Source: Patescibacteria group bacterium
GTDB taxonomy: Bacteria > Patescibacteriota > Patescibacteriia > 2-01-FULL-39-33
NCBI GenBank assembly: GCA_041671305.1
Contig: JBAZBX010000002.1
Coordinates: 5,193 to 69,192, forward strand
Direction: 5' to 3'
Length of the DNA: 64,000 nucleotides
Shown here: piece by piece, positions 9,390 through 19,600 of the stretch
How the letters are laid out: each line of letters opens with the position of its first letter
How positions within the stretch are numbered: position 1 is the stretch's first letter
Position numbers and translations under genes: made by a program
The notes under the pieces: model-generated
Told to the model about the DNA's origin: nothing
The model's database searches: none
The model's input: the letters and a program-made list of their open reading frames with translations, nothing else

Positions 9390-10031
9390 ATGAAATCCAT
9401 GCGATCTAAAATTTCATTTAAAAAATTATTTTTTATTGTTAATATTTTTGCAATTATATTTTCTGCAATAGTTATTGTTTCTCTCTCATGTGCTCTGCCG
9501 GTTTCTAATTCCCATGCCAATGGTTATGTTTCACAAAATTTGGTTAATGGCGCCTCAGCTGAGTCTACTCAGATTATGGGTCAGACAGTCCTAACTATAC
9601 GTCTCAAAATTCCCAAAATAAAAGTGGATACTGCTCTGGAATCTGTAGGTCTGACAGCTCAAGGAGCAGTAAACGTGCCTAAGGGACTTACCAACGCTGC
9701 TTGGTTCAATCTTGGGCCTCATCCCGGAGAAAATGGCAATGCGGTTATTACCGGTCATTATGGGATTTGGAAAAACGGTACGCCAACAGTATTCAATAAT
9801 TTATATAAATTACGTCCAGGTGATAAATTATATATTGAAAATGAAAAAGGGGAAATTATTACTTTTGTGGTAAGAGAAAGTAGAAATTATAACCCAAATA
9901 CGGACGCTTCAGACATATTCATTTCAAATGATGGCAAGTCGCATCTTAATCTCATCACCTGTGAAGGAGCTTGGAATAAAGTTTCTAAAAGTTATCCCAA
10001 ACGACTAGTGGTATTTACTGATAAAGAATAA
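9390..10031 (+). CDS. Class F sortase
   Basis: N-terminal TM helix, RLKIPKIKVD, PGENGNAVITGH (His), LNLITC (Cys), RLVVF (Arg). Confidence 0.92.
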   Translation: MKSMRSKISFKKLFFIVNIFAIIFSAIVIVSLSCALPVSNSHANGYVSQNLVNGASAESTQIMGQTVLTIRLKIPKIKVDTALESVGLTAQGAVNVPKGLTNAAWFNLGPHPGENGNAVITGHYGIWKNGTPTVFNNLYKLRPGDKLYIENEKGEIITFVVRESRNYNPNTDASDIFISNDGKSHLNLITCEGAWNKVSKSYPKRLVVFTDKE

Positions 10032-10059
10032 ACAAGGAGGCATAGTCCACCATCAGTTG

Positions 10060-10091
10060 AAATAATCCAGATTTAATCTGGATTATTTTTT
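10060..10091 (+). terminator. Hairpin terminator after the sortase
   Basis: aaataatccagat-tta-atctggattattt followed by a T run. Confidence 0.6.
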
Positions 10092-10204
10092 ACACTTTTG
10101 ACTAAAAACAAAAAAACTGGCCTAAGCCAGATTCTTTTATTTTTTCTCTCCTCTGCGAGCTCAATCGGACTTCGTTCGACGTAGCTCGCTTCGGCGAGCG
10201 CAGT

Positions 10205-10291
10205 CGGAGAGGGCGAGATTCGAACTCGCGATCCTTTTAAGGGGACTTCAGTTTTCAAGACTGACGCATTCAACCGCTCTGCCACCTCTCC
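10205..10291 (-). tRNA. tRNA-Ser (anticodon TGA)
   Basis: GGAGAGG acceptor, anticodon loop CTTGAAA, long variable arm, GCGAG-TTCGAAT-CTCGC T arm. Confidence 0.95.
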
Positions 10292-10373
10292 AATTTTATC
10301 TTGATTTAAATAACAATATCAACCTTTAAAATCTTGATTATTTTAGCATTTATAAGCAAAAATTTCAACCCCC

Positions 10374-10404
10374 CTTGTCCGCCATAGCTTTTTAGCGAAG
10401 GAGG
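10374..10404. repeat. Short GC palindromic element, same family as the in-frame insert in uvrA
   Basis: cttgtccgccatagctttttagcgaaggagg aligns with cttgcctcgccgaagccttttggcgaaggctgg at 41577-41609. Confidence 0.65.
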
Positions 10405-10455
10405 ATTCAATCGCCGACCGCAGGCAGACATTTATTTCAATAAATAAGCATCATT

Positions 10456-11175
10456 CTATCCTCTTGCCATGGCAAAGCCATAAATCTTCTCAAAACCAGC
10501 CCCTTTTAAGGTTCTAGCGCATTCCTGCATTGTCGCGCCTGTTGTATAGACGTCATCTACCAATATAACTTCTTTGGGTAAATCCTCTTTCCAATTTATA
10601 TCAGAAATTAATTTAAAACAACCCTTTATGCTTTCTTTTCTTTTTTCTACATCCAACATTGCTTGGTGTTTACCATATCTCTTTCTGGCAATAATCTTAT
10701 CACAAATATTATTCCCTCTGACTTTATTCAAAATATTACCAATTATTATGGACTGATTAAATCCTCTCTCCAAATATCTGCGCTTATGCAAAGGCACCGG
10801 GATCAAAATAGCCTCCTCTGGCCAAAATCTTTCTCGTTCAAAATATTTCATAATCATCTTCTCCCAAACCTCACTGAGAGCATCGCAATAGCTATATTTA
10901 ATTAAGTGTATGACTTCTTTTACTAATTTATTATGATAATTAGACACTACCCACAAACCAGAGATTACCGACTCACCCACGCAATTCGGGCAAACCGTCG
11001 GAAAATCAATCTCCCTATTGCAAATCGGACAACAAAAATTATTTTTTATAATTATGGAGTCCAGACACTTGTCACAAATAAAATTATCAAATTCATGGCA
11101 ACCCAAACATCTTTTGGGAAACAACAAATCATGAGCTAATTCAGAAAGAGCAGTAATACTACTGCCAAATGGCAT
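10456..11175 (-). CDS. comF: ComF/ComFC-family protein (Zn ribbon plus phosphoribosyltransferase domain)
   Basis: LFPKRCLGC..ICDKC..CPIC..CPNC, IPVPLHKRRYLERGFNQS and VILVDDVYTTGAT. Start is uncertain (11175 or 11193). Confidence 0.9.
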   Translation of the reverse strand: MPFGSSITALSELAHDLLFPKRCLGCHEFDNFICDKCLDSIIIKNNFCCPICNREIDFPTVCPNCVGESVISGLWVVSNYHNKLVKEVIHLIKYSYCDALSEVWEKMIMKYFERERFWPEEAILIPVPLHKRRYLERGFNQSIIIGNILNKVRGNNICDKIIARKRYGKHQAMLDVEKRKESIKGCFKLISDINWKEDLPKEVILVDDVYTTGATMQECARTLKGAGFEKIYGFAMARG

Positions 11176-11743
11176 CGTCAACTTTCCATTCATTGCCGAC
11201 TTTTATAAATGATAATTTTAAGTTTTTGTATGAAATAACCGGCTCTAATCCATTTCCGGTTGAAATCGTTCTCTGAGCTTGCACCACAATAATGGCGCTA
11301 CTGACTTCGGAACTGATTAAATCTGCACTCAATCCCCTGGTAGTTATTCCCTGGAATGTATCTACACTGCTGGTAGACGCTCGTTCCATGGCTATGGCAT
11401 CGTTTATGGTTTTCTGCATTTTGTCACTCATAAATGGCTTTAAGTCATCAAGATTTTTGAATTTCTGATCTGTAGAGTAACTTCCATATCTTTCCGAAAA
11501 AGAAAGCGCCAATTGCTTAAGTCCCAAAGGATATTTTTTTTCTTCAGCCACACGTACCGGACTAGAGACTGGAAGTACGGCGGAACCATTGCCAGTTGAA
11601 ACTGTTTGTGAATTATTATTATTCTGAGAATTAATTGGTTGATTGACGTTTTTTGTACCAAAGATAAGCCAAATAATAAACGCCAGTAAAACTATTACCG
11701 CTACGACCAACAAAGTAATGATAATTCTTTTTCTATTATCCAT
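11159..11743 (-). CDS. Single-TM protein, possibly VirB8/TcpC-like (NTF2-type fold)
   Basis: N-terminal TM, FSERYGSYS and a C-terminal beta-strand pattern ending WKVDDAIWQ; directly downstream of the VirB4-like ATPase. Confidence 0.55.
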   Translation of the reverse strand: MDNRKRIIITLLVVAVIVLLAFIIWLIFGTKNVNQPINSQNNNNSQTVSTGNGSAVLPVSSPVRVAEEKKYPLGLKQLALSFSERYGSYSTDQKFKNLDDLKPFMSDKMQKTINDAIAMERASTSSVDTFQGITTRGLSADLISSEVSSAIIVVQAQRTISTGNGLEPVISYKNLKLSFIKVGNEWKVDDAIWQ

Positions 11744-11759
11744 ATTTAATAATATTAGC

Positions 11760-13685
11760 TTAAATTAATTTTTTCTCTTCTTCCGGCGTTTGTTCTTGAG
11801 CCAATGACTCATCAAATTCTTTCTTGGCCGCTTCAATTTCCAACAACTGCCTTGGATCAGAAGTAATTAATTGATCTTCAGAGTATGATGCTACCACTTT
11901 GATAGCGGCGTGCTTCGCTCCGGCAAAAAATATTCCTTCGCCTACCCCGCCTTCCAAAAGCAAATATTTTTCTCCTTCGGTCAACATGAAAGTTTTTTGA
12001 ATCAGACTTATAGCCGCCGGAGATTGTTTGAGAAGCAATTGAAGAGATGAATTATTTACAATCGCCTGACCATAGGGTGAAGTCAAAAAGTCATTTACGT
12101 CTTGGGTGATAGTGGTTACTCCGAGATAATACTTACGACAACGCTTGACTAAGGCAAAAATAAATTTAGCCGAATCTTCTCTTTGCATCAGCCACCAAGC
12201 TTCATCAACAATCAAAATCCTTTTTTTCATCTGAGATCTGACTACATTCCAGATATAATTAACAATAGTATAAATTGCCAGCGGTTTGAGCTCATCTTCC
12301 AAGTCTCTGACACTGAAAACCACCAACTGATTGTTCATCTCCACATTGGTCGGCTGATTGAGTAATCCGGCAAAAGTGCCTTCGGTATATTTCTTGAGCC
12401 TGAGTGAAATATCTGCCGCTCCTTCCATACCTTCCAAAATCTCCTGAAAATCCTGCAGAATTGGCGGCTCAATTTTGGTTAAATCAGCATTAGCCGTGAT
12501 GTCTTTCTTGGCATAAGTCTCCAAAAGCGCTCTATCAATAATAGAATCTTCTTCATAAGTGACATTACCGATCATCAGTCTTATCAATCCTTTGACCGTA
12601 ATTACTCCGCTTCGGATAATATCTTCCGCTTTTGAATCCTCACCCATGGCGCGAGGCAAATCAAACGGATTAATCTTGCTTTCAGAATTAAGCGAGATAT
12701 CCACATAAGTGCCTCCGACAGCATCACACAAATGCTTGTATTCTCTTTCCGGATCTATAATTATCACTTCCGTGCCAAACATCAAACTTCTAAGTACTTC
12801 CAGCTTGATGGCATATGATTTTCCGGCGCCGGAAGTGGCAAAAACTACCGCATTGGCATTTTGCAATGAGAAACGATCAAACAAGATTAGGCTGTTATTG
12901 TGCCTATTTATGCCATAAAGGATTCCCTTATCAGAAGACAAATCCGAAGACACAAACGGGAAAGAACTTGCTGCCGGCGAAGTGTTCATATTGACCAGAA
13001 TATTTAACTCGTCAAAAGCTAGTGGCAAAGTGGAATTAAACCCCTGTTCCGATTGATAAAATACTCTCTTGGAATAAACCAGATGCGAACCGAAAAAATT
13101 CTCTATCCTCTCCGAGACTTGATCCAAATCTTCCAGCTTCTTGGCATAAAGAGTGACATACAAGGCGGTTTGAAAAAAATGCTCCACGCCCTGAGTCAAG
13201 TCGTCTCGGAGTTTTTCCATATCACGGAGGGCGGTTTCTGCCAGAGGATCCCTGGGCGCTCCTTTTTCTGCCGAGGAGATAAGTCCGGCCTCCACATTTC
13301 CCACTTTTTTCTTGAGTTGTTTAAGGATGACTGGAGTTTTGACAGGGTAGAAATAAAACGACATGTCGGCCACCACATCCATGTTGATAATCGGCGCAAA
13401 CCAGCCAATGGAAATATATCGCGGATATTGCACCACAAAAATAGTCCTGACAAACATCTCGCCAAGCTTGATATGCGAAGAAGTCACCTCCAAAGCCGCC
13501 GGCGCAATCAAATCTCTAACCGAAACTACGCCCTGGCGATAAATCCTTTCTTCTTCCAATAGTTCCTGAGCGGAAGCAATTTGTTCCTGTTCCAAAAACT
13601 TCTGTTGTTGGGGCGTCAATTTTGGCACCACAACAGCTTCCGGCTGAGGCAAGTTACTTTTGTTTATATCTTGAGGATCAAACAT
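11760..13685 (-). CDS. VirB4-like type IV secretion ATPase
   Basis: Walker A FATSGAGKS, IIIDPEREY, Walker B ILIVDEAW, RCRKY and TITQDVNDF. Confidence 0.9.
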   Translation of the reverse strand: MFDPQDINKSNLPQPEAVVVPKLTPQQQKFLEQEQIASAQELLEEERIYRQGVVSVRDLIAPAALEVTSSHIKLGEMFVRTIFVVQYPRYISIGWFAPIINMDVVADMSFYFYPVKTPVILKQLKKKVGNVEAGLISSAEKGAPRDPLAETALRDMEKLRDDLTQGVEHFFQTALYVTLYAKKLEDLDQVSERIENFFGSHLVYSKRVFYQSEQGFNSTLPLAFDELNILVNMNTSPAASSFPFVSSDLSSDKGILYGINRHNNSLILFDRFSLQNANAVVFATSGAGKSYAIKLEVLRSLMFGTEVIIIDPEREYKHLCDAVGGTYVDISLNSESKINPFDLPRAMGEDSKAEDIIRSGVITVKGLIRLMIGNVTYEEDSIIDRALLETYAKKDITANADLTKIEPPILQDFQEILEGMEGAADISLRLKKYTEGTFAGLLNQPTNVEMNNQLVVFSVRDLEDELKPLAIYTIVNYIWNVVRSQMKKRILIVDEAWWLMQREDSAKFIFALVKRCRKYYLGVTTITQDVNDFLTSPYGQAIVNNSSLQLLLKQSPAAISLIQKTFMLTEGEKYLLLEGGVGEGIFFAGAKHAAIKVVASYSEDQLITSDPRQLLEIEAAKKEFDESLAQEQTPEEEKKLI

Positions 13686-14364
13686 AATTATTTTCTTCAA
13701 GTTTTAATTTATCAACATCTCCTAATTTCTCGCTACGTGAGACTACGGGATTATAAGTATTGTAGAATAATTCTATCAGCGATTGAGTATCCAAAACCGT
13801 CGCTCTCAGCCCCATGCCGGATAATCCGGAGAGAATCTTGTCCAGCAAAGTGAATAAATCCCTATGCCTCTGGGAAAATTGCTTCTGTCCCAAACTGATG
13901 ATATTGGTCGGAGAAAGCACATCACCTGTTCTGGCCCAAAATCCTCTCTTGCCATTGGAAGACGGATCATAGGGCACGACTACATAAAACCTTTTGGTCA
14001 TGATATCGCCCAACTCAACCAATTGGGAAATATATTGATAATATTCTGAAATTTGTAATTTGAGCAATTCGTTGGTCTGAATTTTTTCCGCCTCTTTGAT
14101 AGAAACAAGATATTCATCCAAATCCAACTTTCTGGATTGAACCAAAATTTGAAGCGGTGAATCCAACAAATTCAAAAAACTGATATACCCAGAGATAATA
14201 GCCGACTGCTCGTCTTCCGACTTGAGGGCAAAATTAATACTGGAAACCAGAAGAACCGCCCGAAGCGTTCCGTCTTTGAGCACAACACAATCATCACGGA
14301 TTTCAGCGATATGCATCCGGCTTTGCGTGGATGGTGTCTTGTTGGTAGCAACTTTGTCTGGCAT
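13678..14364 (-). CDS. Conserved T4SS-cluster protein (TraC/VirB4 N-terminal-like)
   Basis: IAEIRDDCVVLKDGTLRAVLLVSSINFALKSEDEQ; lies between the PrgI and VirB4 genes. Confidence 0.75.
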   Translation of the reverse strand: MPDKVATNKTPSTQSRMHIAEIRDDCVVLKDGTLRAVLLVSSINFALKSEDEQSAIISGYISFLNLLDSPLQILVQSRKLDLDEYLVSIKEAEKIQTNELLKLQISEYYQYISQLVELGDIMTKRFYVVVPYDPSSNGKRGFWARTGDVLSPTNIISLGQKQFSQRHRDLFTLLDKILSGLSGMGLRATVLDTQSLIELFYNTYNPVVSRSEKLGDVDKLKLEENNYV

Positions 14365-14368
14365 ATTT

Positions 14369-14800
14369 TTATCTTTCTCCTGTGTATACCCCGCCCGTAT
14401 CAATAATCAAGGCGAGTTCAGATATTTTTGAATTAGATAATGGTTGTCTGGCCATTTTTACAACCGGAATCCTGTGTTCTTTCGGTTTTTTGAGGCTGGC
14501 CTTAATCTCGTCTCTGGATATTTTCTTTTTCCAAACTTTTAACTTGGGATTTTTCAATGTAGAAATAAAATTAAGCAGAAAATAATGAAATGGCTGGCCA
14601 TTGATAGTGGCAAAAGCGATGACGATGGTAAGTGACAAAACGATTAATCCAGAAACTATAAATAATGAGAGATCAAAAATTTTATAAAAAATAAATATTA
14701 TCAACCCTCCGATAAGCATTTCAATAAATTGCCTCACGGTGATAGGTCCGATAACTTTGTCCTCTACGTCCAAAAATTGTGGCACGACTACTTGTTCCAT
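14369..14800 (-). CDS. PrgI-family (VirB3-like) protein
   Basis: VPQFLDVEDKVIGPITVRQF, two TM helices and INGQPF. Confidence 0.85.
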   Translation of the reverse strand: MEQVVVPQFLDVEDKVIGPITVRQFIEMLIGGLIIFIFYKIFDLSLFIVSGLIVLSLTIVIAFATINGQPFHYFLLNFISTLKNPKLKVWKKKISRDEIKASLKKPKEHRIPVVKMARQPLSNSKISELALIIDTGGVYTGER

Positions 14801-14816
14801 AAAAATTAATAAATTT

Positions 14817-14890
14817 AATAACCGATAATCAAGAAACAACAATCAAAGGAATTCTTATATTTTGGTTATTGTTTCTTGTGTTTTGATTAT
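14817..14890. repeat. AT-rich heptad-based palindromic element (AATAACC-AAGA(A/T)AC family)
   Basis: Stem caagaaacaacaatcaaa / tttggttattgtttcttg; related copies at 49380-49430 and 62181-62256. Confidence 0.65.
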
Positions 14891-14894
14891 TATC

Positions 14895-16670
14895 TCAGTA
14901 TCTCAATTCGCTATTTAATTGCATCACAGCATCAAATTCTTCCAAGGATAACGTTGGTTTCCCAGATACTAGACGCTCTTTAATTATATCATCTATGCTC
15001 CGACCTTCTGTCATGCTAGTCTGCCCCAGCAATCTGTAAAACCGATTTACCTCATTGCCAAACCAGGCATTTATCCCCTCTATTCGACGCGCATATGATT
15101 CTTCCTGCAATAACTTTATTTTCTCTCTAATTGATCTCGTCGCCTCAACCGGATTGGAAGCCAAGCGACGAAAATCTATCAAAGTCATATCAGACAATTC
15201 TTCAATGGGGCCGGTCAGCTTTTTAGCTAATTTAATGCCGTCAACTATGGGCCTTCTAGTATTCTGAGATTCAAGCACCCTCTGAGGAATATTCTTCTGC
15301 ACAACATAAGGCGCAGGACGTGGCAAAGGAGCTGATTCTGACTGTTTGAGACTGACGGGAACACTGACAGGAATGGATTTTTCTTCAACAAAATTATTTA
15401 CTAAATTATTCTTCAAGCTTGCCTCAATGATATCATCATTACTTTCTAATTTTTTTTCTGAAATAAGTGAAGCAGGTGGAATATTGATTGGAACCGGTTT
15501 TTTAGCTTCCTCTTTCTTCTCTTCGCCGATGTCATCCAATTTTACGATTTTCGGTTTAACCATCAAATCTTCCGGCATGCGGAGTATGGGCAAACCATCT
15601 TCCTCATCCATAATCGGAGCTGGACTAACCTCTGCTGTAATTTTATTTTGCGAATCAAAACTATCTATCTTGGCAACTTCGGGCTGCTTCGGAGCAACGG
15701 GAACATTTTTTATCTCTGGTAATGTCGGAGGGACTGCTTGCTTGGACAACTCAGCCTGTGGCGAAACAATTGGAATAGGTTCTACAGAAACAGACACTGA
15801 AGAATTGGTTCCCTGTCTTCTCATCTCCTCTGCCCTTTTCTCTTGCAAAGTTTTGACCTTGACTTCGGCTTTTTCAAATTGCGGTATTTTTGGCTTAAAT
15901 TCTATCCTTTGTATCGCATCTCCGCCAGAAATATGATACTCCTTGAATGTTTCCTGCTCTTTCTTAATTAGTCCCAGCAATTCCGTCGCCTGCTCTTTGG
16001 TAAATTCCATTCCGCCTATCTTCTGACTCTTGGTCAAGGCTTCTATGCTCTCTATCTCATCACGCACGTCACGGAATCTTGAAATAATAATATTGGATAA
16101 TCTTTTGTGCAAGATCTCGTCACTTTCATTATACCCGAATTTGGAAATAATATCATCTGCCAAACTGTCATAATCAAGTTTATAGGTCTCCGCTTCCGGA
16201 ACAGCAATCTTTTTTAATTCTTCTTCATCCATGGTAGAAAAAGTCATGGACTTGGAATTATCCGTGATCACGGTCGGAGAACTATTTTGAGAACCAGCCG
16301 TTTCAGCCTTGATCAAGTAATCTTTGGGGGTCTTTTCTGATGGCTTTTTCTTTTTTATTTTTTTCTTCTTAACTGGTGGAGTACCGCCAAGACTTTTGAT
16401 AAATGATTCAACATCTCCCTTAATATATTTACGCATTGGCCAAAGCTGGTTTATGGCAATGGCCAAGGCTATTTGATTAATAGTCTCCGGCGACTGTTTG
16501 AGAAGACTCTTTCTTAAATTAGAAATTAAATCAGCTGAATTATCAGACCCCGCCCTCACTCTTGAACCACAAACATCAACATCATATAATTCCTGGTCAG
16601 ACAAATTAAAAGGAATAAACCAGGAATTAGTCTTCTTAATATCTTCAATTATTTTTGAATTTAATGACAT
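14895..16670 (-). CDS. Conserved hypothetical T4SS-cluster protein with a Pro-rich disordered middle
   Basis: 591-aa ORF with RLSNIIISRFRDVRD...KIGGM and C-terminal GPIEELSDMTLIDFRRL; co-directional with the operon. Confidence 0.75.
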   Translation of the reverse strand: MSLNSKIIEDIKKTNSWFIPFNLSDQELYDVDVCGSRVRAGSDNSADLISNLRKSLLKQSPETINQIALAIAINQLWPMRKYIKGDVESFIKSLGGTPPVKKKKIKKKKPSEKTPKDYLIKAETAGSQNSSPTVITDNSKSMTFSTMDEEELKKIAVPEAETYKLDYDSLADDIISKFGYNESDEILHKRLSNIIISRFRDVRDEIESIEALTKSQKIGGMEFTKEQATELLGLIKKEQETFKEYHISGGDAIQRIEFKPKIPQFEKAEVKVKTLQEKRAEEMRRQGTNSSVSVSVEPIPIVSPQAELSKQAVPPTLPEIKNVPVAPKQPEVAKIDSFDSQNKITAEVSPAPIMDEEDGLPILRMPEDLMVKPKIVKLDDIGEEKKEEAKKPVPINIPPASLISEKKLESNDDIIEASLKNNLVNNFVEEKSIPVSVPVSLKQSESAPLPRPAPYVVQKNIPQRVLESQNTRRPIVDGIKLAKKLTGPIEELSDMTLIDFRRLASNPVEATRSIREKIKLLQEESYARRIEGINAWFGNEVNRFYRLLGQTSMTEGRSIDDIIKERLVSGKPTLSLEEFDAVMQLNSELRY

Positions 16671-16690
16671 TTTATCAAAAAATCTTTTAT

Positions 16691-19600
16691 TTAGGCTTGT
16701 TTAGGTTTAAAATTTTCCCACACCTCCGGATTATCCTGAAGCGCCTTCAGCATAATTTGTATCATTTTGAGATAAGCACTATCACCAGCGTCAACATAAC
16801 CATACATGCCCTTTTTAATCTTAAATTCTTTCATGATCTTTTCTCTAATTACCTCTAATTCCGCATCACTCAACTCATCTGCTTTTTTGCCATTACTGCC
16901 AGAACCAATGGCATTCCAAAGCAAATTAGTGGCTGCTTCATTACTTTTGTGTTTAGCCGCATTTCTGCGATAATTATATAATTTTGCTCCATTGGATTTA
17001 AGAGTAAAAGATTGAACTAATTTCAACGCACTGGCCATGGAACCCTTATTGTCACCCTCAGCCGGCGGAGGACCCATTTGTATGTTACCAAAATCAGATA
17101 CTGACAAACCGCCGATAAAAGAACCAACCATTTTATCTTCAAGAATTTTCATATCGGCATCATAATTAGTCCGGGCATAAAAATCTCCAGCCGTCTCCGC
17201 TAGTTTTTTCCTTTCCGCTAATTGTTCAGCCATGGCAATTAAATCAACCTTAGTACTACCTGTACTGACATGTTCTCCGCCCAAGCCAAAATTATCAGTT
17301 AAACGTTTATATTCCGCATCATAATTAGCCAACGCGTTTCCATTCTTATCGAACTCTTCCATAGAAGGCATAATGCCGTTATGAGCTGCGGCATACTCTT
17401 TCCTATGCTCATCTAATCTTTGCGCCCGATTCATGGTTGCGTCCACGAAAGCTTTCTTTGACAAAACTTTCTGATCTTCTATGGAACCCCTAATCGTCTT
17501 CATGGTGGATGCGCCACAAACATCACTTACATTTTCATAAATATCAGCCATGCCTTTCTGTATAGCCGCCCTCAATTCACCAGCCTCAGTGCCTTTTCCA
17601 GCTTTCTCTAATTGCTTAACCTCAGAAATACGCTCCTTAATACGACTAGAAATTTCACTTGCATTCTGAGTAACCAAATCCGCCAAAATATCCCTGCTTT
17701 CTTCGTTCATTGGCTTGTCACTGGAAGAATCATAAACAAGATGACTAAGTTGCTCTGTGCCAACAAGTCTATTTTTTAATAAAGCATTTCCAATAGTCAA
17801 AGTATTATCTTTATCTACTAAACCACTTTCCGAATCAACGGTCAATAAACTTCTAAGTTGTCCGAAGTCTAATTGTTTTCTAATTATTTCTTTGATTCCC
17901 TCATCTTGGAATTGCGCGAGGGTATTGGCAAGCGCTTTAGGATCAGCATCATGGAACCCATACATATATCTAATGAAAGAATTGATATCGGCTTTTTTTC
18001 CATTCTTCTTATATTCCTGCTCATCCGGTTCCAGCATAAAAGTATCAAATAGTTTTTGTAAACGACCATGTTCCTTCTCTCCTCCAGTATCAATCTTTCT
18101 AACAGCCTTATCTATATCATAGGTTCCAGACATAACTCCTTCCCGTAAATCCTTTTTACTGGTAGTATCCAAAGCTCTAGCCTGATGTCTAAAATATTTA
18201 TCCTTTAGATCACCAATTATTTTAGAATTGGCGCCGTTTAAATTAGTTTTTGTAAACAACTCTCCGAATACTTGGTTGGCTCTATTTTCTAAATTTTTAT
18301 CTAATGTAGGATTGGCAATAACCCTTCTGATGAGCTCTGGAGCAACTGCCATCTGCTGATCTATATTCCCCTTTTCAGCCATAGCAACGAGTTCTTCAGC
18401 GGTCATATCTTCTATTCTCTTTCTATTCACCAAAGCAGCATTACGCGCGGTTTCTTCATTTCGCTTTGTTCTAGCGCTCTTCATATTGGCAGTCATACGA
18501 GCAAAAGGCCTAGACAATAATGTACGCGCCAAAGGCACTTTATTAGCAAGCTTAAAACCAGTTCTAGCCAATCCTTCTCCTATTAATAATCTATCATTAA
18601 TTCCAGTAGCAATAGCTCCGCCCACGGCTCCAACGCCCCGTCCTATGCCTTTCGTCGCTCTCCAAGGCATGGCCTGGGCTCCCTTTCTGGCCTTATTTAA
18701 AAAACTCAAACTGCTTCCTGCCCAGGAAGCGCCGACAGCGCCGGTTTTTTGTCCCATCACCAGTGAAGCTACCAACATGCCAATAACCAAAGCAAAATTG
18801 ATTATACCCTCAGTGGACATTGCATTGGATAATACTATCATTTGTTTTGTGGATGATGTATTATCCACTATCTTATTACTAGCCCCTAATCCATTTATTA
18901 CATTTGCATCCTGATTTTTAGTAGTATTTCCACTAAATCCCATAATTACAAAGGAAATCCAAAGGAAAAATAGCATAATAGGCCCGACAATCAAATTTTT
19001 GCTCATCTCTGTCCACCATTGGCTGGCATACTGCTCGCCCTTTTTGAAAGTGGTAAGAAGGAAGGGCAAAGGAGAAAGCACGGTAAGAAACAAAAGCACC
19101 ACAATTCTATATATCAGTATGGCAATAATGGCCACCAGAACAGCAGCGGCCACCACACTAGCGATAAGCGCATAAACTAGAGCGGTAATAACATTTCCAA
19201 AACCTATTTCCTGACCTTCTACAGAAGTGTTAGCGGCACCATAATCCATATAACTACCCTTATCGCCGCCCATAAGATTATACATATCCGGAATACCCAG
19301 AGCAGAAAGAATAATATTGCCACCAGTAATTCCTTGGAGAGGCGCGGCGAAAGCCAGCATCAAAACTTGCGAAACATCAATCATCAAACCGCAAAACATC
19401 TTAGAAAAGTTGATCAATATGGCCATCACCAGTAATTTGGGCAATAATTCCTTTATTTGCCACTGCGGAATCTTGATAATGGTACCAATAGCAATAGCGA
19501 TAAGGATGACGATAAAAAAGTTATTGCACAGATCCCTGATCACCTTCCAGCCGTTGGTAACCGCATCCAAATGAGTATTTATAGGGTATGACATGACGGA

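Noticed and set aside
6673-10204. att-site duplication or integrase for the adhesin/sortase islet
   Set aside because: I saw no duplicated tRNA 3' fragment and no recombinase, so it is not called as a mobile element.
10073-10285. 70-aa ORF (and likewise 5941..6135)
   Set aside because: These overlap tRNA genes and are spurious translations.
15346-15936. Long antisense ORFs (e.g. 15346..15936, 35424..36017, 36851..37393, 13053..13562)
   Set aside because: They are shadows of well-supported genes on the opposite strand and have no recognisable motifs.
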